Source: Nostoc sp.
GTDB lineage: Bacteria; Cyanobacteriota; Cyanobacteriia; Cyanobacteriales; Nostocaceae
Reading direction: 5' to 3'
Length of the DNA stretch: 57,562 bases
NCBI GenBank assembly: GCA_036918135.1
Contig: JBALDB010000023.1
Location: 1-57,562 of the forward strand
In this document: piece after piece, positions 10,790 through 21,924 of the stretch
How the letters are laid out: each line of letters begins with the position of its first letter
Numbering within the stretch: the first letter of the stretch is position 1
Position numbers and translations under genes: made by a program
The notes under the pieces: generated by a model
What the model saw: only the letters and a program-made list of their open reading frames with translations
Database searches by the model: none
What the model was told of the DNA's origin: nothing

Positions 10790-11626
10790 TCACCTAACAG
10801 GGGTTGCAGGAGTTTTCTGTCTTGCCTTACTTCCGGAAAAGAATAGCACCATCGTGGGAATCAAATAGCCAAAATAAGCGATCGCTTCACCGACGGTAGG
10901 AGCCTCGTTATAGCCAAAAATACCTGCTAACACCGAACCAATAACTCCATGTGTCGGAAGAGTGCGACTGGCATCAAAAACGGTATTTTGTAGTGAATTC
11001 CAAATTCCAGCTTCGTGAAAAGCCCGGACTGCACCTGCAAAAAGTCCCGCAGCCACCAAGATAATAAAAGCTCCCGTCCATTTAAAAAATCGTCCGAGAT
11101 TGATGCGAACACCACCTTGATAGATCCCTACTCCAACTGCGATCGCCCCTGCATATCCCAATACCGCACCCAATGGTACGCCAAACCCTAAGTTTTGTTG
11201 AAAACTAGCAAGGAGAAAGACTACTGTTTCTAATCCTTCACGTAGGACAGCAAAAAACGACATCCCAACCAACGCCAAACCCCAGCGATCGCCTTGGGAA
11301 ATTGCGGTTTCAATTTGGGAGTGCAACTCACCTTTAATCGAACGTGCAGCACGTCGCATCCAGAAAACCATCCACGTAAGTACCCCAACTGCAACGAGTG
11401 AGATTACGCCTGCAAATAATTCCTGTTGTTGCTGCGGAAAATCGCCGCTTGTTGCTTGCAAAATTATTGCCAATGCCAAACACAGCAGAGTCGCAAGGAT
11501 AACTCCAATCCAGACGGCTTTCATCAGATAGGTACGTCCAGTTTGTTTGAGATAACTGGCAATAATACCAACAATCAAAGCCGCTTCCACCCCTTCCCGG
11601 AACATGATTAGAAAGGTTGCAAGCAT
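10790..11626 (-). CDS. efeU: FTR1-family Fe2+ permease EfeU
   Basis: REGVE and REGLE motifs; multiple TM segments; first gene of efeUOB. Confidence 0.93.
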   Translation of the reverse strand: MLATFLIMFREGVEAALIVGIIASYLKQTGRTYLMKAVWIGVILATLLCLALAIILQATSGDFPQQQQELFAGVISLVAVGVLTWMVFWMRRAARSIKGELHSQIETAISQGDRWGLALVGMSFFAVLREGLETVVFLLASFQQNLGFGVPLGAVLGYAGAIAVGVGIYQGGVRINLGRFFKWTGAFIILVAAGLFAGAVRAFHEAGIWNSLQNTVFDASRTLPTHGVIGSVLAGIFGYNEAPTVGEAIAYFGYLIPTMVLFFSGSKARQKTPATPVR

Positions 11627-11682
11627 AAAATACTTTTGTTGATAACTTTTTTCTTTATAATTCAGAACTTACTTTAGAACTA

Positions 11683-11701
11683 ATTGATATTTTTTGTCAA
11701 A
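11683..11701. promoter_or_regulatory. Putative Fur box
   Basis: ATTGATATTTTTTGTCAAA imperfect palindrome ~60 bp upstream of efeU. Confidence 0.4.
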
Positions 11702-11830
11702 CCTTTAACAATATGTTAAAGATAATTCTTTCGCCGGACACCACATCAGATTGATTGGGAACGCGGATACAACAAAGGTTTTAATAGTTACATTCTTCTG
11801 GGAATCTGTATAGGATTAAATTTATTTATC

Positions 11831-11860
11831 AAAAAATAAAGGTACGGCATTGCCGTACCT
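11831..11860 (-). terminator. Rho-independent terminator after hglT
   Basis: AGGTACGGCA-T-TGCCGTACCT perfect stem followed by a T-rich tail on the minus strand. Confidence 0.7.
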
Positions 11861-11899
11861 CTATGAAAATCTATAATTCAATTAACTGAGAAAATCGCT

Positions 11900-13159
11900 T
11901 TATACTGCCTTCACTTTCTTTGAGCGCTCAACAATTTGATAGAGTTTGTCTTCAAATTTTTCCATACACGCCGACCAATCAAAATCGATTATCGAGGGGC
12001 GAGCAAGTTTTGTCATATCTGCCTTCAAGTCGGGATTTTCTAGAATCGCAATTACCTTTTGGGCAAAGTCTGTTGGATTGTTGGGTTGAGCAAGGAAGCC
12101 GTTGCGACCAGGAAATACTTGTTCTGAGGTTGATGGTGCAATAACAGCAACCACAGGGGTTCCAGAAGCTAGGGCTTCGTTATTTGTGGTGCAGAAGTTT
12201 TCGGTAATTGAGGGGTTAACAAAAACATCTGCTCTAGCAAACCAACCTAAAAGTTCTGTACCGTGGGACTCACCCCAGATGGTAATGCCCGATGCAAACT
12301 TTCGGGCACGCTGACGGATTTCTTCATCCTGGGGGCCACTTCCAACAATCACCAAATGGACATCAGGGATTTTGGCAGCGATGAGCGGATATATATCAAT
12401 TAGTTGGTTAACATTCTTTTCGGCAGTAATCCGTCCGACAAATAGCAAAGTTGGCCGGGGGTCGTTGGGAATTGGGTCATAACAAATATTTCGCGGATGA
12501 AATTTTTCGCAATCTATACCTTGATAAGCGAGATATTCAGCACGTTGGCATTTGAGATCCTTGTATTTATTTAGTTGTTCTTGAGAAGAAAAGAAATTCA
12601 AGTCATAAGAGTTGCTAAACTGTTTTACCAAGATGGGAATGATTGGACGAATCAAACTGAAGAATTTCTTCCCAAAGTAATATTTTATGTACTCAACAAT
12701 ATCAGTATGGAAAAGTGATATGATTGGCGTACCTGTTCGCCTTGCGTATTGCGTGCCCACAGCGCGACCGTAACCTTGCAAGAAAAGTGAGTATAAACCT
12801 CGCATTTGTGGTGCTTCTTCAACCACTATAATATCGGGCTGAAATTTTTCTAGCAGCTTCGTATCACTCCAATGTCGATAATGCAATGGTTGGGGAAGAG
12901 ACTTGTAGAATATTAATGGTTTTGTGGGGAATGCATAAGTAGACAAATTAGGGAAAGATTGAATTTCATTTAATCCTGGCATGGGACGAGCGCCAACATT
13001 TTTTGGGTAGCGATCGTTAATTTGGGGATGAATCAAAAAAACCTCATGTCCCTGTTGCAGCAACCAACGAACTCTTTGATGTACTGCCACAGAAACTCCA
13101 GTTAAGAAAGGAGCGTACAATCCAGTAAATAGGGCAATGCGGAGTCGTTGTTTAGTCAT
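11900..13159 (-). CDS. hglT: GT4 glycosyltransferase, probable heterocyst glycolipid synthase HglT
   Basis: GT-B motifs (FVGRITAEKN, ENFCTTNNEALASG); last gene of the hgd/GT cluster. Confidence 0.75.
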   Translation of the reverse strand: MTKQRLRIALFTGLYAPFLTGVSVAVHQRVRWLLQQGHEVFLIHPQINDRYPKNVGARPMPGLNEIQSFPNLSTYAFPTKPLIFYKSLPQPLHYRHWSDTKLLEKFQPDIIVVEEAPQMRGLYSLFLQGYGRAVGTQYARRTGTPIISLFHTDIVEYIKYYFGKKFFSLIRPIIPILVKQFSNSYDLNFFSSQEQLNKYKDLKCQRAEYLAYQGIDCEKFHPRNICYDPIPNDPRPTLLFVGRITAEKNVNQLIDIYPLIAAKIPDVHLVIVGSGPQDEEIRQRARKFASGITIWGESHGTELLGWFARADVFVNPSITENFCTTNNEALASGTPVVAVIAPSTSEQVFPGRNGFLAQPNNPTDFAQKVIAILENPDLKADMTKLARPSIIDFDWSACMEKFEDKLYQIVERSKKVKAV

Positions 13160-13481
13160 ATGAAAAAGTAGTTATTTCACAAAAGTGCTGGCTTGGAATT
13201 TAGAATTTACGCAGCAATTTTTCATGAGTAGTTAGAATTCAGGATTCTGAAGCTTTACTCCAAATATGCAAATTTATCGCTCACAATTCCCCTTCATATA
13301 TTTTGCTAAACCCTTAATAAGGCAAAGATATGTATTGAAAAAGGGTATAGTTAATCTAGTTTAATAAAAATAAAGTAATATAAATTCAGTAACGCCGAAT
13401 GTTTAGTCTGATAAGTTTTATGCCATAGTTCAAGCAGGCAAAAAACAAGACTTCAAAGCAGATCGGTTTTTAGCGATCGCT

Positions 13482-14741
13482 TCAAAGAGAAACCTTACTA
13501 TCAACAGGCTGATCCAACCATTGATAAGGACGATATTCCACTAGGCGGATATTCCAAGCCCCTCGAACCCGATAGCTGACACCACGCCAGGTAAGTGTTG
13601 AAATCCACAGAGATGAGAGCATCGCTAACCCATAAACCCATTGTGTTAACGGAATTCCAATTAACATTTTAAAGATTGTAAAGACTGATAGTTTGACTAT
13701 TGCTTGGTCATTTAAGCGAACTACTTGCTGTATGCATAATTCTAAGACGAGCATCAGCAAAAGTAATCCGACAATAAAGACGCCATAGCAAACAAACAAT
13801 AGAGTTGCAGCTTCCCATTTAGCCTCTAACAATGACTCTAAAATTAACATCACGACTGTAGTCGGGAAGACAATGCTAGAAACAGCTTCACCAACTATAG
13901 CCAACCAACGTGGGTGATACAGTCGAGAACAAAGTATCAAGCGCTTGAGAGAGTCTAGTAAACTGACTAAATCAGTTTCTTCACGATTAACTATTAATAA
14001 AGAAGGTACAAATTTCACCTGTAACCCGTGTATTTTTAGAACATCATGAATCATGAAATCTTCGCTTAAAGCTTGTGCCCACTTATCTAAAAGTTCTGTT
14101 TTGTGAAGCACTTCTGTTTTCACAGCCAAAGTTCCACCCCAAGGAATTTGGAAGAGAAACATTTGCACTACTGTGGAGACATTGCCTATGTATCGTACTA
14201 AAGATCCCCAATACTTACCTGTGGGTATATACCAACGGTTACCAGTTGTTGCACCGACATTAGCATCGCCTAGAGGACTGACTAATTCTCGCAGCCAATT
14301 GCGATGAACTATAGTATCAGCATCTACCAAAGCAACCACCTTATAGGAATCGTCCAACTCACGAACACCCTGCACTAAAGAACTGCATTTGAGACTACAA
14401 TTATTGCGTACTATTCTCAAAGGACTGAGTTGAACATTGGTCGCTTCCTGCTCGATAATAGTTTCACTAGCAATTTTCCAAGCAGGATCTTCTTGACTAT
14501 CAATAATTAACTTTAAATCATAATGTGGGTAGTTCTGATTTATGAGCGATCGCAAACAGCTAGGTAAAAACGGATCGGCTCCCCGCAAGCAAAGAATTAC
14601 TGCTGTTTTAGGCAACTGCTCATCTGACAATAAAGTTTTTGGAGATGAGCGCAGATACCAAATAAAGATTAGCGTTAAACACACCTGAATAACTAGCCAA
14701 CCCATCAAAGACTTAGACAGAAATATTGCCAAATCTTCCAT
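13482..14741 (-). CDS. GT2 glycosyltransferase (ceramide glucosyltransferase-like), hgl island
   Basis: LCLRGAD, DAD, LSED motifs; N- and C-terminal TM segments; start placed at MEDLAIF because the upstream extension is STRR. Confidence 0.82.
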   Translation of the reverse strand: MEDLAIFLSKSLMGWLVIQVCLTLIFIWYLRSSPKTLLSDEQLPKTAVILCLRGADPFLPSCLRSLINQNYPHYDLKLIIDSQEDPAWKIASETIIEQEATNVQLSPLRIVRNNCSLKCSSLVQGVRELDDSYKVVALVDADTIVHRNWLRELVSPLGDANVGATTGNRWYIPTGKYWGSLVRYIGNVSTVVQMFLFQIPWGGTLAVKTEVLHKTELLDKWAQALSEDFMIHDVLKIHGLQVKFVPSLLIVNREETDLVSLLDSLKRLILCSRLYHPRWLAIVGEAVSSIVFPTTVVMLILESLLEAKWEAATLLFVCYGVFIVGLLLLMLVLELCIQQVVRLNDQAIVKLSVFTIFKMLIGIPLTQWVYGLAMLSSLWISTLTWRGVSYRVRGAWNIRLVEYRPYQWLDQPVDSKVSL

Positions 14742-14837
14742 TAAATTCTCCGGAAATAGGGGAGTGGGTATTAGTGATTGGGGATTGGGTATCGGGGATT
14801 GGAAAATTCTTCCGTAGTCCCCAGTCCCCAATCTCTT

Positions 14838-15305
14838 TTAAGAATCCAACGAGTATTTCATCTTAATGTTGATAGTGGTATTTTTGTTGACTACAAAACT
14901 GGCATCACGAAACTTAGGTGTGCCTGTTTGTATTGACACAGTTGGATTTTTAGAAATACCAAAACCTTCTGTGGGAATACCAAAAAAGTCTTTATTGAGT
15001 TTGCGATCGCCATTTTGATCGTCAACTACAGCAACAGCATAAGTTCCTGGTTTTATACCAGAAAATTCTTTTTTTACAGAAGTGCCTGTAATTTTAGCGC
15101 AGCCACTTTGAACTTCACTAGTATTATTCATAGGGAATCCTTTTTCACCTCCAAAAACTCGGAAGCAAATCTCGCCTTTTTGGTGATCGATTCCATTAAC
15201 TACAACAGTAAGTTTTGCAGTTGGCTCAGCGTTCACTGTTTTTACAAAGCTAATGCTTAGTAAACTAGCAAGCAAAAAGTAAGATAATTGAGATAGTTTC
15301 AGCAT
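14838..15305 (-). CDS. DUF2141-family secreted protein
   Basis: Signal peptide; GTYAVAVVDDQNGDRKL...GIPTEGFGISKN. Confidence 0.85.
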   Translation of the reverse strand: MLKLSQLSYFLLASLLSISFVKTVNAEPTAKLTVVVNGIDHQKGEICFRVFGGEKGFPMNNTSEVQSGCAKITGTSVKKEFSGIKPGTYAVAVVDDQNGDRKLNKDFFGIPTEGFGISKNPTVSIQTGTPKFRDASFVVNKNTTINIKMKYSLDS

Positions 15306-15508
15306 AATTTTGTGATGAAATAGGTAATTTTGACACAATATCGTTCAGTTCAACTTAAATGGATAGATGCAAAACTTTCATGTTTATACATGTCAAAATC
15401 AATACTAATAAATTCTAAACTGTATTGAATTTTGACACTCAGATAAAATTCTGTAATTGTAGCCCTTTGGAAACATTATTAGTGAGCTTTTACAGTAGAA
15501 TTCAGGTA

Positions 15509-16507
15509 TCAAAACTGAGGATTTCCAAGTGTAGCTTTTTGTTTTGAAAAAAATGCTTTTTGCCAATTTTTTACAAACATTTGCAACACTTTTATGAAAT
15601 CTTTCACTAACAGATATTCTCTACCTTTTAACTTCTGGTATAAACTTCTATGACAACATAACCGCTCATACAAACTTAGGGGATTATGCCAGATTGAGAA
15701 AATATACTCCCATAAAATTCTCCAATGTGGTAATAAAATCTTTCCTTGCTTTGCTGAATCAAACCACACTGTATATGCATAAAAATCAGGTAACACCCTC
15801 AATGATGATGCTTGATTATTGTTTGTCAACAATAAATAATTGGGAAAGAACATACTCATTGATTGTTGCGGATGGCTTCTAGCAAAGAACAAGTATTCTG
15901 GAATTTCATAAAACCTACCCAGAAGACCAAGCCTTAACAATAAAATTCCATCTGCATTACCGTAACCACCCATAGGCGGTATCTTTTTCAGAGCGCTAGC
16001 GCGAATTACCCCATAGCACTGATAACATAAATGTTTAGTCAGTAATTCGTCAAAGCGAGTCTGTGGTTTGAGAGAATCTGCCTTAAGTTTGATATCATAA
16101 TTTTGGAGAAATTTTCCCTGTTCATCAATAAAATATACCTGAGTATGGCACAAAATAATCGTAGGGTCTTTATCGAGTACCTCAACGCATTTACTGATAA
16201 AATCAGGAGCGTGTAGGTCGTCATAAGCTGCCCATTTAAAATACTCACCTGAAGACAATTCAAAAACACGATTAAAGTTACGAGCGCAACCAATATTATG
16301 GTCGTTGCGGTAGTAACGAATACGTTGGTCTTGCTTGGCGTATGCTCTGCAAATCTCTTCAGTTTTATCTGTAGATGCATTATCTGAAATAATTAATTCA
16401 AAATCTTCAAAGGTTTGAGCCAAGAGTGAATCTATAGCTTGTCGAAGAAATTTTTCCCCATTGTATACAGGTAATCCAATGCTCAATCGTGGCTGATTGT
16501 TACTCAT
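15509..16507 (-). CDS. GT2 (GT-A fold) glycosyltransferase
   Basis: SIGLPVYNGE, ISDNASTD, WAAYDD motifs; likely start MSNNQ. Confidence 0.88.
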   Translation of the reverse strand: MSNNQPRLSIGLPVYNGEKFLRQAIDSLLAQTFEDFELIISDNASTDKTEEICRAYAKQDQRIRYYRNDHNIGCARNFNRVFELSSGEYFKWAAYDDLHAPDFISKCVEVLDKDPTIILCHTQVYFIDEQGKFLQNYDIKLKADSLKPQTRFDELLTKHLCYQCYGVIRASALKKIPPMGGYGNADGILLLRLGLLGRFYEIPEYLFFARSHPQQSMSMFFPNYLLLTNNNQASSLRVLPDFYAYTVWFDSAKQGKILLPHWRILWEYIFSIWHNPLSLYERLCCHRSLYQKLKGREYLLVKDFIKVLQMFVKNWQKAFFSKQKATLGNPQF

Positions 16508-16672
16508 ATTAAACAAGTGTTTACGCAATCTTTGAATTATTTTAGGCACAATTGCAGTTAATTGTTAGTCAAATGCAACATCAAAAGTCAAAATTCAAAA
16601 TTCAAGATTCAGAATTATGAACTCGGAAGAATTTGATACCAAAATTGAGTAATTTACTGGAAAATATTAAGC

Positions 16673-16765
16673 TATAGCAGTCCTAAATCATTTGTAAAAT
16701 ATTACTTCTATTAACAGTCAGCAGCCACCACTGATATTTTTTAGTTTCTATTTAGGATTGCTATA
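16673..16765. mobile_element. MITE (~93 bp)
   Basis: TIRs TATAGCAGTCCTAAAT / ATTTAGGATTGCTATA (1 mismatch). Confidence 0.7.
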
Positions 16766-16787
16766 ACTCCTCACTCCCAAGAGGATG

Positions 16788-17789
16788 TTATTTCATTAAA
16801 TTTTGGATATCTGTTTTTTGCAGCCATTCATGTGTACGCTGCATACCTTCTTCTAGGTCAATTATTGGCTTGTAATTTAACAGACTTTGGGCTTTAGCAA
16901 TAGAACAAGCGTAAGGACGAGTCATAAAATCTACAGATTCCGGTAAAATATCGGCTTTTTTGCGAAAAAGTTTTTGTCCTTGAGCGCGGAGCTTGAGAAA
17001 CAATTTGATTTCATCCTTTGGTAATGAAAGAGGTGCTGGCAGACTTTCCATTGCTGCTAAGCGCATAAAATACTCTTTCCAAGACGTTTGTTGTCCGTCA
17101 GTAATATTAAATATTTCTCCGTAAGTCTGTTTTTCTATTGCCAGAAAGATGCCATCAATTAGGTTATCTATATATACATGATTAATTACTCCTTTACCAT
17201 CATTGGCATAGGCGAATAATTTTTGGCGCATCATCAGAATTGGTTTGACAATCCAAGGAATACTTCCAGGGCCGTAAATATCACCGGCTCGAATGATAAT
17301 AATGCCGAAATCTGGCAGAGTATTTAATTCTAAAAGTGCTGTTTCTGCTTCTATTTTCGTTTGACAATAGGGATTATTTTCGCCCGAAAGTAGCCCAGTT
17401 TCTGTAACGCCATCAGGATAGTCGAAACCATAGACCATCACACTAGAGAGATGTACAAAAGTCTTAACACCTGCTTGCTTAGCAGCTTTAGCGATGTTAA
17501 CAGTACCACCAACATTGACATCACGAAAATGATTAATTGAGCCAGCTTCTTGAGTAATTTGCTCTGTATGTAAAACGATGTCTATTCCCTGACAAGCTTT
17601 TTGGGCAATAGTAGAATCGATAATACTACCAGTAATCACTTCAACACCTAAATTTTGTGCTTTTTGGTTCTCTGTAGAACTTTGCAAACCACGAACTTTC
17701 ATTCCTTGTGCTATTGCTAACTCAGCTGCACGCAAGCCGACAAATTCATTAATTCCGGTAATTAGGAGAGTTTGGTTTTTCAGATTCAT
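16788..17789 (-). CDS. hgdA: NAD-dependent epimerase/dehydratase HgdA
   Basis: Degenerate Rossmann motif TGINEFVG; YxxxK (YCQTK); directly downstream of hgdBC. Confidence 0.8.
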   Translation of the reverse strand: MNLKNQTLLITGINEFVGLRAAELAIAQGMKVRGLQSSTENQKAQNLGVEVITGSIIDSTIAQKACQGIDIVLHTEQITQEAGSINHFRDVNVGGTVNIAKAAKQAGVKTFVHLSSVMVYGFDYPDGVTETGLLSGENNPYCQTKIEAETALLELNTLPDFGIIIIRAGDIYGPGSIPWIVKPILMMRQKLFAYANDGKGVINHVYIDNLIDGIFLAIEKQTYGEIFNITDGQQTSWKEYFMRLAAMESLPAPLSLPKDEIKLFLKLRAQGQKLFRKKADILPESVDFMTRPYACSIAKAQSLLNYKPIIDLEEGMQRTHEWLQKTDIQNLMK

Positions 17790-17929
17790 AGAATAAAAGT
17801 TATACCAATTTTAGATTTTGGATTCAAATTTTGGTCTGAGTTCATGCAGAGACGCAAAGGCAAAGTAGCGTAGTATTGGGGTCTCCCGCATGAGCAACTG
17901 TCGTACAGAGAGAAGAGAGGAGTAATTGT

Positions 17930-19108
17930 TTAAAAAATTTCTCCTGGGTCTGCCAAGCGGAGTTTATTGATAGCGAGTCCTCCAGAAGTTATACACATTA
18001 AAATTGTTGAAGTTAAGACCAGCACTGCATTATTAGTGGTCATAACTATTGGCAATTTAGTTGCTTCCATTGCAAAATCATATAATAAGACAGCAGTCAA
18101 AAAGCCGGGAATATAACCTAAAATTGCTAAGATTAAAGCTTGTTGAAATACCACATTTAATAGATATGTGTTGGGATAACCTATGGCTTTTAATGTGGCA
18201 TAAGCAACGAACTGTGTAGCAATATTGCTGTAAAGAATTTGATAGACAATCACTACACCAACAACAGAAGCCATTGTCAACATTAGGTTAAGTATAAAAC
18301 CAATAGGTGTTCTGGCAGACCAATATTTCTTCTCAAAATCAATAAAGCCTTGACGTGTAAAAATCTGCACATCATTTGGCAAACTTGCCTGCAAATCTTT
18401 TAACACTGCTTGTGCATCAGTACCAGGTTTGAGGGTAATCAAACCAACATCTATCATATCTGCTGGACGAGTATTGGGATTTATCCTCAGGAAAGTTGAG
18501 TCACTGACAACTAAGTTACCATCGACCCCAAAGGAAGGCCCCAAGCTGAATAAGCCACCAATCCTTACTTTATAGCCAATTAATGAATTAAAAGGAAATA
18601 TTTCAATTGTTTGGTCTATATCTCCGGCATCAAATTTTTGAGCTATTGGCCCAAACTCTGGGCGAGAACTTCTGTCAAAAAGCATGACATCCGGTATTTT
18701 GAGTTTATCTAAATTTTGCTCAATTTCTGCAATATTCATCACAGGTTTACCTGGGTCGAAACCAATAACATATATTGAATATTTTTCACCAGTTACCGGA
18801 TTTTTTAGTTTGGCAAATTGTAAATACATCGGGCTAACTGACTCTACGCCATTAAACCCCAAAGCTTGATACAAACGAGTCCGCGAAAAGCTTTGATTTG
18901 AAGTCAAAGATTTATATTGCGAACTAACTAAAAATAAATCTCCTTTGAGATTTTGATGCACTGCGGTTGCACTAGAATAAAGAGCATCTTGAAAACCAAG
19001 TTGTACAAACATCAGCAGCACAATAAAAGCAATCCCAGCAACAGCTACTAATAAACGAACTTTTTGCTGGGCTAGCTGTAGCCATGCTAAAGGAATTTTA
19101 AAATTCAT
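17930..19108 (-). CDS. hgdC: DevC-family ABC permease HgdC
   Basis: IPLAWLQL, QLGFQDALY, YATLKAIGY, ADPGEIF; located in the hgl island. Confidence 0.88.
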   Translation of the reverse strand: MNFKIPLAWLQLAQQKVRLLVAVAGIAFIVLLMFVQLGFQDALYSSATAVHQNLKGDLFLVSSQYKSLTSNQSFSRTRLYQALGFNGVESVSPMYLQFAKLKNPVTGEKYSIYVIGFDPGKPVMNIAEIEQNLDKLKIPDVMLFDRSSRPEFGPIAQKFDAGDIDQTIEIFPFNSLIGYKVRIGGLFSLGPSFGVDGNLVVSDSTFLRINPNTRPADMIDVGLITLKPGTDAQAVLKDLQASLPNDVQIFTRQGFIDFEKKYWSARTPIGFILNLMLTMASVVGVVIVYQILYSNIATQFVAYATLKAIGYPNTYLLNVVFQQALILAILGYIPGFLTAVLLYDFAMEATKLPIVMTTNNAVLVLTSTILMCITSGGLAINKLRLADPGEIF

Positions 19109-19188
19109 GGATTTATTTGTTGTTTGTTGTTAGTCATTAGTCATTAGTCATTAGTTATTAACATAATTACCAATGCCCAATGCTCTGA

Positions 19189-20397
19189 CTAAATATGAAT
19201 GGCAACATCCACTTGTAAGTTAGTAAAACGAGCCACCTGTTTACTATCTGCGGGATTATCAATGGAGATTTTTACTTCAACTATTCTGCGGTCTGTATCT
19301 GAGCTGGGGTTGAGGCTGAAGATGCTTTGTTTGTCAACTTGCCAACCAATCTCTTTGACGGTTCCCTTTAATGTCCCAGGAAATGCAGTGCTGGTGATGG
19401 TGGCTTTTTGTCCGACACGCACTTTCTGAACGTCGGTTTGATACACCTCTGCAATCACATACATTTGCGATGTCTTACCTATCTCAGCAAATCCTGTGTT
19501 AGTGCTGATTACTTCTCCGGTTTTGGCGTGAATTTTCAATATTTTGCCATTGATAGGAGATTTAATGTAACTTAAATCCAAGTCTGCTTTTGCTTGTTGA
19601 ACGGAAGTCGTTGCACTGTTAACCTCAGTTTGTGCGACTTGAACATCTACGCTACGAACTTCGCTAATACTTTTAAGTTGGGCTTGTGCTTGCTTGAGTT
19701 GTTCTTGGTATGTGTCTTGGGTACGTTGCTTGGTGGCTTGAGCTTCTGTGAGTTGCTGTTGTGTAGTGTTGAGTTGCAACGTTTTACTGTCTGCTACCGA
19801 AGCTGCGATCGCACCTTGTTTATATAATTGCTGATAGCGATCGTTCTCCGCTTGAGCATTATCTACCTGAGCCTGCACGCGGGCAATTGACGCGTCTTGG
19901 GTAGCAATGTCTCCTTTATATTGTGACTCTAAACCGGCGATCGCTGCTTTTTGAGCATCGATGTCGCCGGTTTTCCCTCCAGACCTCACCTGTGCTAATT
20001 TAGCTTTACTAACTTGTAGTTGGTCTACAGCCTGTTGCAAAGCTGTTTTAGCCCGGCCATAGGTTTCTAGATATGCCAATATTTGCCCAGCTTTAACTGT
20101 ATCTCCTTCTTTAACTAACAGTTTTTCGACTCGCACACCGTTATTAGCGTTGGGAGCATTCAAGGAAGTAACTTCACCGTCTGGTTGCAAACGTCCTAAG
20201 GCGGTGACAGCAAGTTTTGTGGGGGTAGCAACTTTTGGAGGATTCGCTACTTGTGTTTCAACTTTAGCTTTCGGCCAAAATGCTGCCAAACTATATAAAC
20301 TGATTAATCCGGCCGCCAACGCCAGAGAAGTTGCTAAGATTACTTGCGATCGACCTGCGGGTTTTGTGAATAATCGGCTTTCTTTATTTACTGCCAT
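19189..20397 (-). CDS. hgdB: DevB-family membrane fusion protein HgdB
   Basis: VTALGRLQP, LLVKEGD, long coiled coil, FTNLQVDV. Confidence 0.88.
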   Translation of the reverse strand: MAVNKESRLFTKPAGRSQVILATSLALAAGLISLYSLAAFWPKAKVETQVANPPKVATPTKLAVTALGRLQPDGEVTSLNAPNANNGVRVEKLLVKEGDTVKAGQILAYLETYGRAKTALQQAVDQLQVSKAKLAQVRSGGKTGDIDAQKAAIAGLESQYKGDIATQDASIARVQAQVDNAQAENDRYQQLYKQGAIAASVADSKTLQLNTTQQQLTEAQATKQRTQDTYQEQLKQAQAQLKSISEVRSVDVQVAQTEVNSATTSVQQAKADLDLSYIKSPINGKILKIHAKTGEVISTNTGFAEIGKTSQMYVIAEVYQTDVQKVRVGQKATITSTAFPGTLKGTVKEIGWQVDKQSIFSLNPSSDTDRRIVEVKISIDNPADSKQVARFTNLQVDVAIHI

Positions 20398-20667
20398 ATT
20401 TTCATTCCAATTCTTACTAGGGGATAGCTCTGATGGCTACATTTAGTCGATAACAATAGACTCTTCCACCAATTAACTTCAGACGGCTTTTCCTGTTGTT
20501 GATGCTGTTACCCTAAGTAGACGGATAAGTCTAAATGGTTTTATATGAATTGTTTTAGGAAGATGAATTCAAAACTCAGGAGTCAGAATTTAGAATTTAG
20601 AAAGAGTTTAGTCTGATTGGTATATTGATTAATCAAATGTTTTGCTGATTCTTTTACTATTCTCAAC

Positions 20668-20707
20668 GGCAGTTGCTTCACTTGGAGAGACCCAAAACTG
20701 CACTGCC
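20668..20707. repeat. SDR-like palindrome
   Basis: GGCAGTTGC...GCACTGCC; same family as 260-304, inverted. Confidence 0.55.
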
Positions 20708-21924
20708 TCCTCCTGAATTCTGAATTATTATGATTGTATTACTTGAAAGCTTCTTTAGTTATATCGTCATTTGTCCTCAAATCTAGTAGCGTAAAATACA
20801 ATAGCGCTAACCAGACAATTTCGCTTTCAAGAATAATGAAGCGCCGATAAATAAACTCAAAAAACTTGCATTAGCTTGCTTTTAAGTATGCCTAATTTTT
20901 TTTTGTTTGTCAACCATTTGACTGGACATAAATCTTGATTCTATCACCAAAATATTTACTATCTTACGTTTTAATCATCATAGGTATACACTACAATAAG
21001 CTGTAAGAGAAAGCTTTTCAGCCTCAGTAAATAGTAATAAGGCTACAAAACTATTAATAAATTATTGTTAGTAATGTTGTGTAATATCAAACATTATTAT
21101 CAATTTTGCTAAGAATATTCTAATTTGATTGTACTAATCAGTTATCTAAGGCGATCGCTTATATCATAATGTATCTAGTTAATAGCTGCGTAGATTGGTG
21201 AGCCACTATGCGCTTATGCTTTCCTGACTTTCACTCCTTCCCTATAAGAAGCCAGCAAAGAATTCGACTACAACCTACGATTATCTTCCTCTTGATTTAA
21301 ATAAGCCGCTAACTTCCGTCTAGCGCAGTCATAATTATGTTTACTGTGCAACATACTCAAAATTAACAATTGCTCTTTAAATAACTATTTTCTTTTTTAT
21401 TTACATTTATATTAATAAATTATCAAAAACATTAGTTAAATTATGAAATTTTCCTGAAAATTACTTGTATTTATTTCATTGAGCATTCATATAATCCTTT
21501 CTTAATAAGAAATAAATTAATACTGTAATTTTTAGAGATAATTTCTCTTTCAGCCGTAGATAGTTTTATTATATAGATATTCTACACGTATTTAATTATA
21601 CTAAACTACAGTAAATTCTGCAAAATACATATTAAAAACAACCTATTTGTTTATGAAAAAAGTTTAAAGTAATCATTTAGTTTATATAAAGTATGCTATT
21701 GTTTTTATTAATTCAATGTTTAAAACTTGTGAGGTAAATTAGTTATTTAATTAAGATTTTGAGGAAAAATAACTAAATCTAACTGCTTGGCAATCACCTT
21801 CTGAAAATTTTATTAGTTTTTTATATGAGATAAATTCAGATTAAAGGTGATTTCTGTAACGAACTTGTCAACTTTTCTGGGTCAAATTCCATAGAATGTA
21901 TTATCCTGGACGTTGAAACTGGCT

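Noticed and set aside
14742..14831. N-terminal extension of the GT2 ORF
   Set aside because: Translation of heptamer STRR (SPIPNPQ); the real start is more likely 14741
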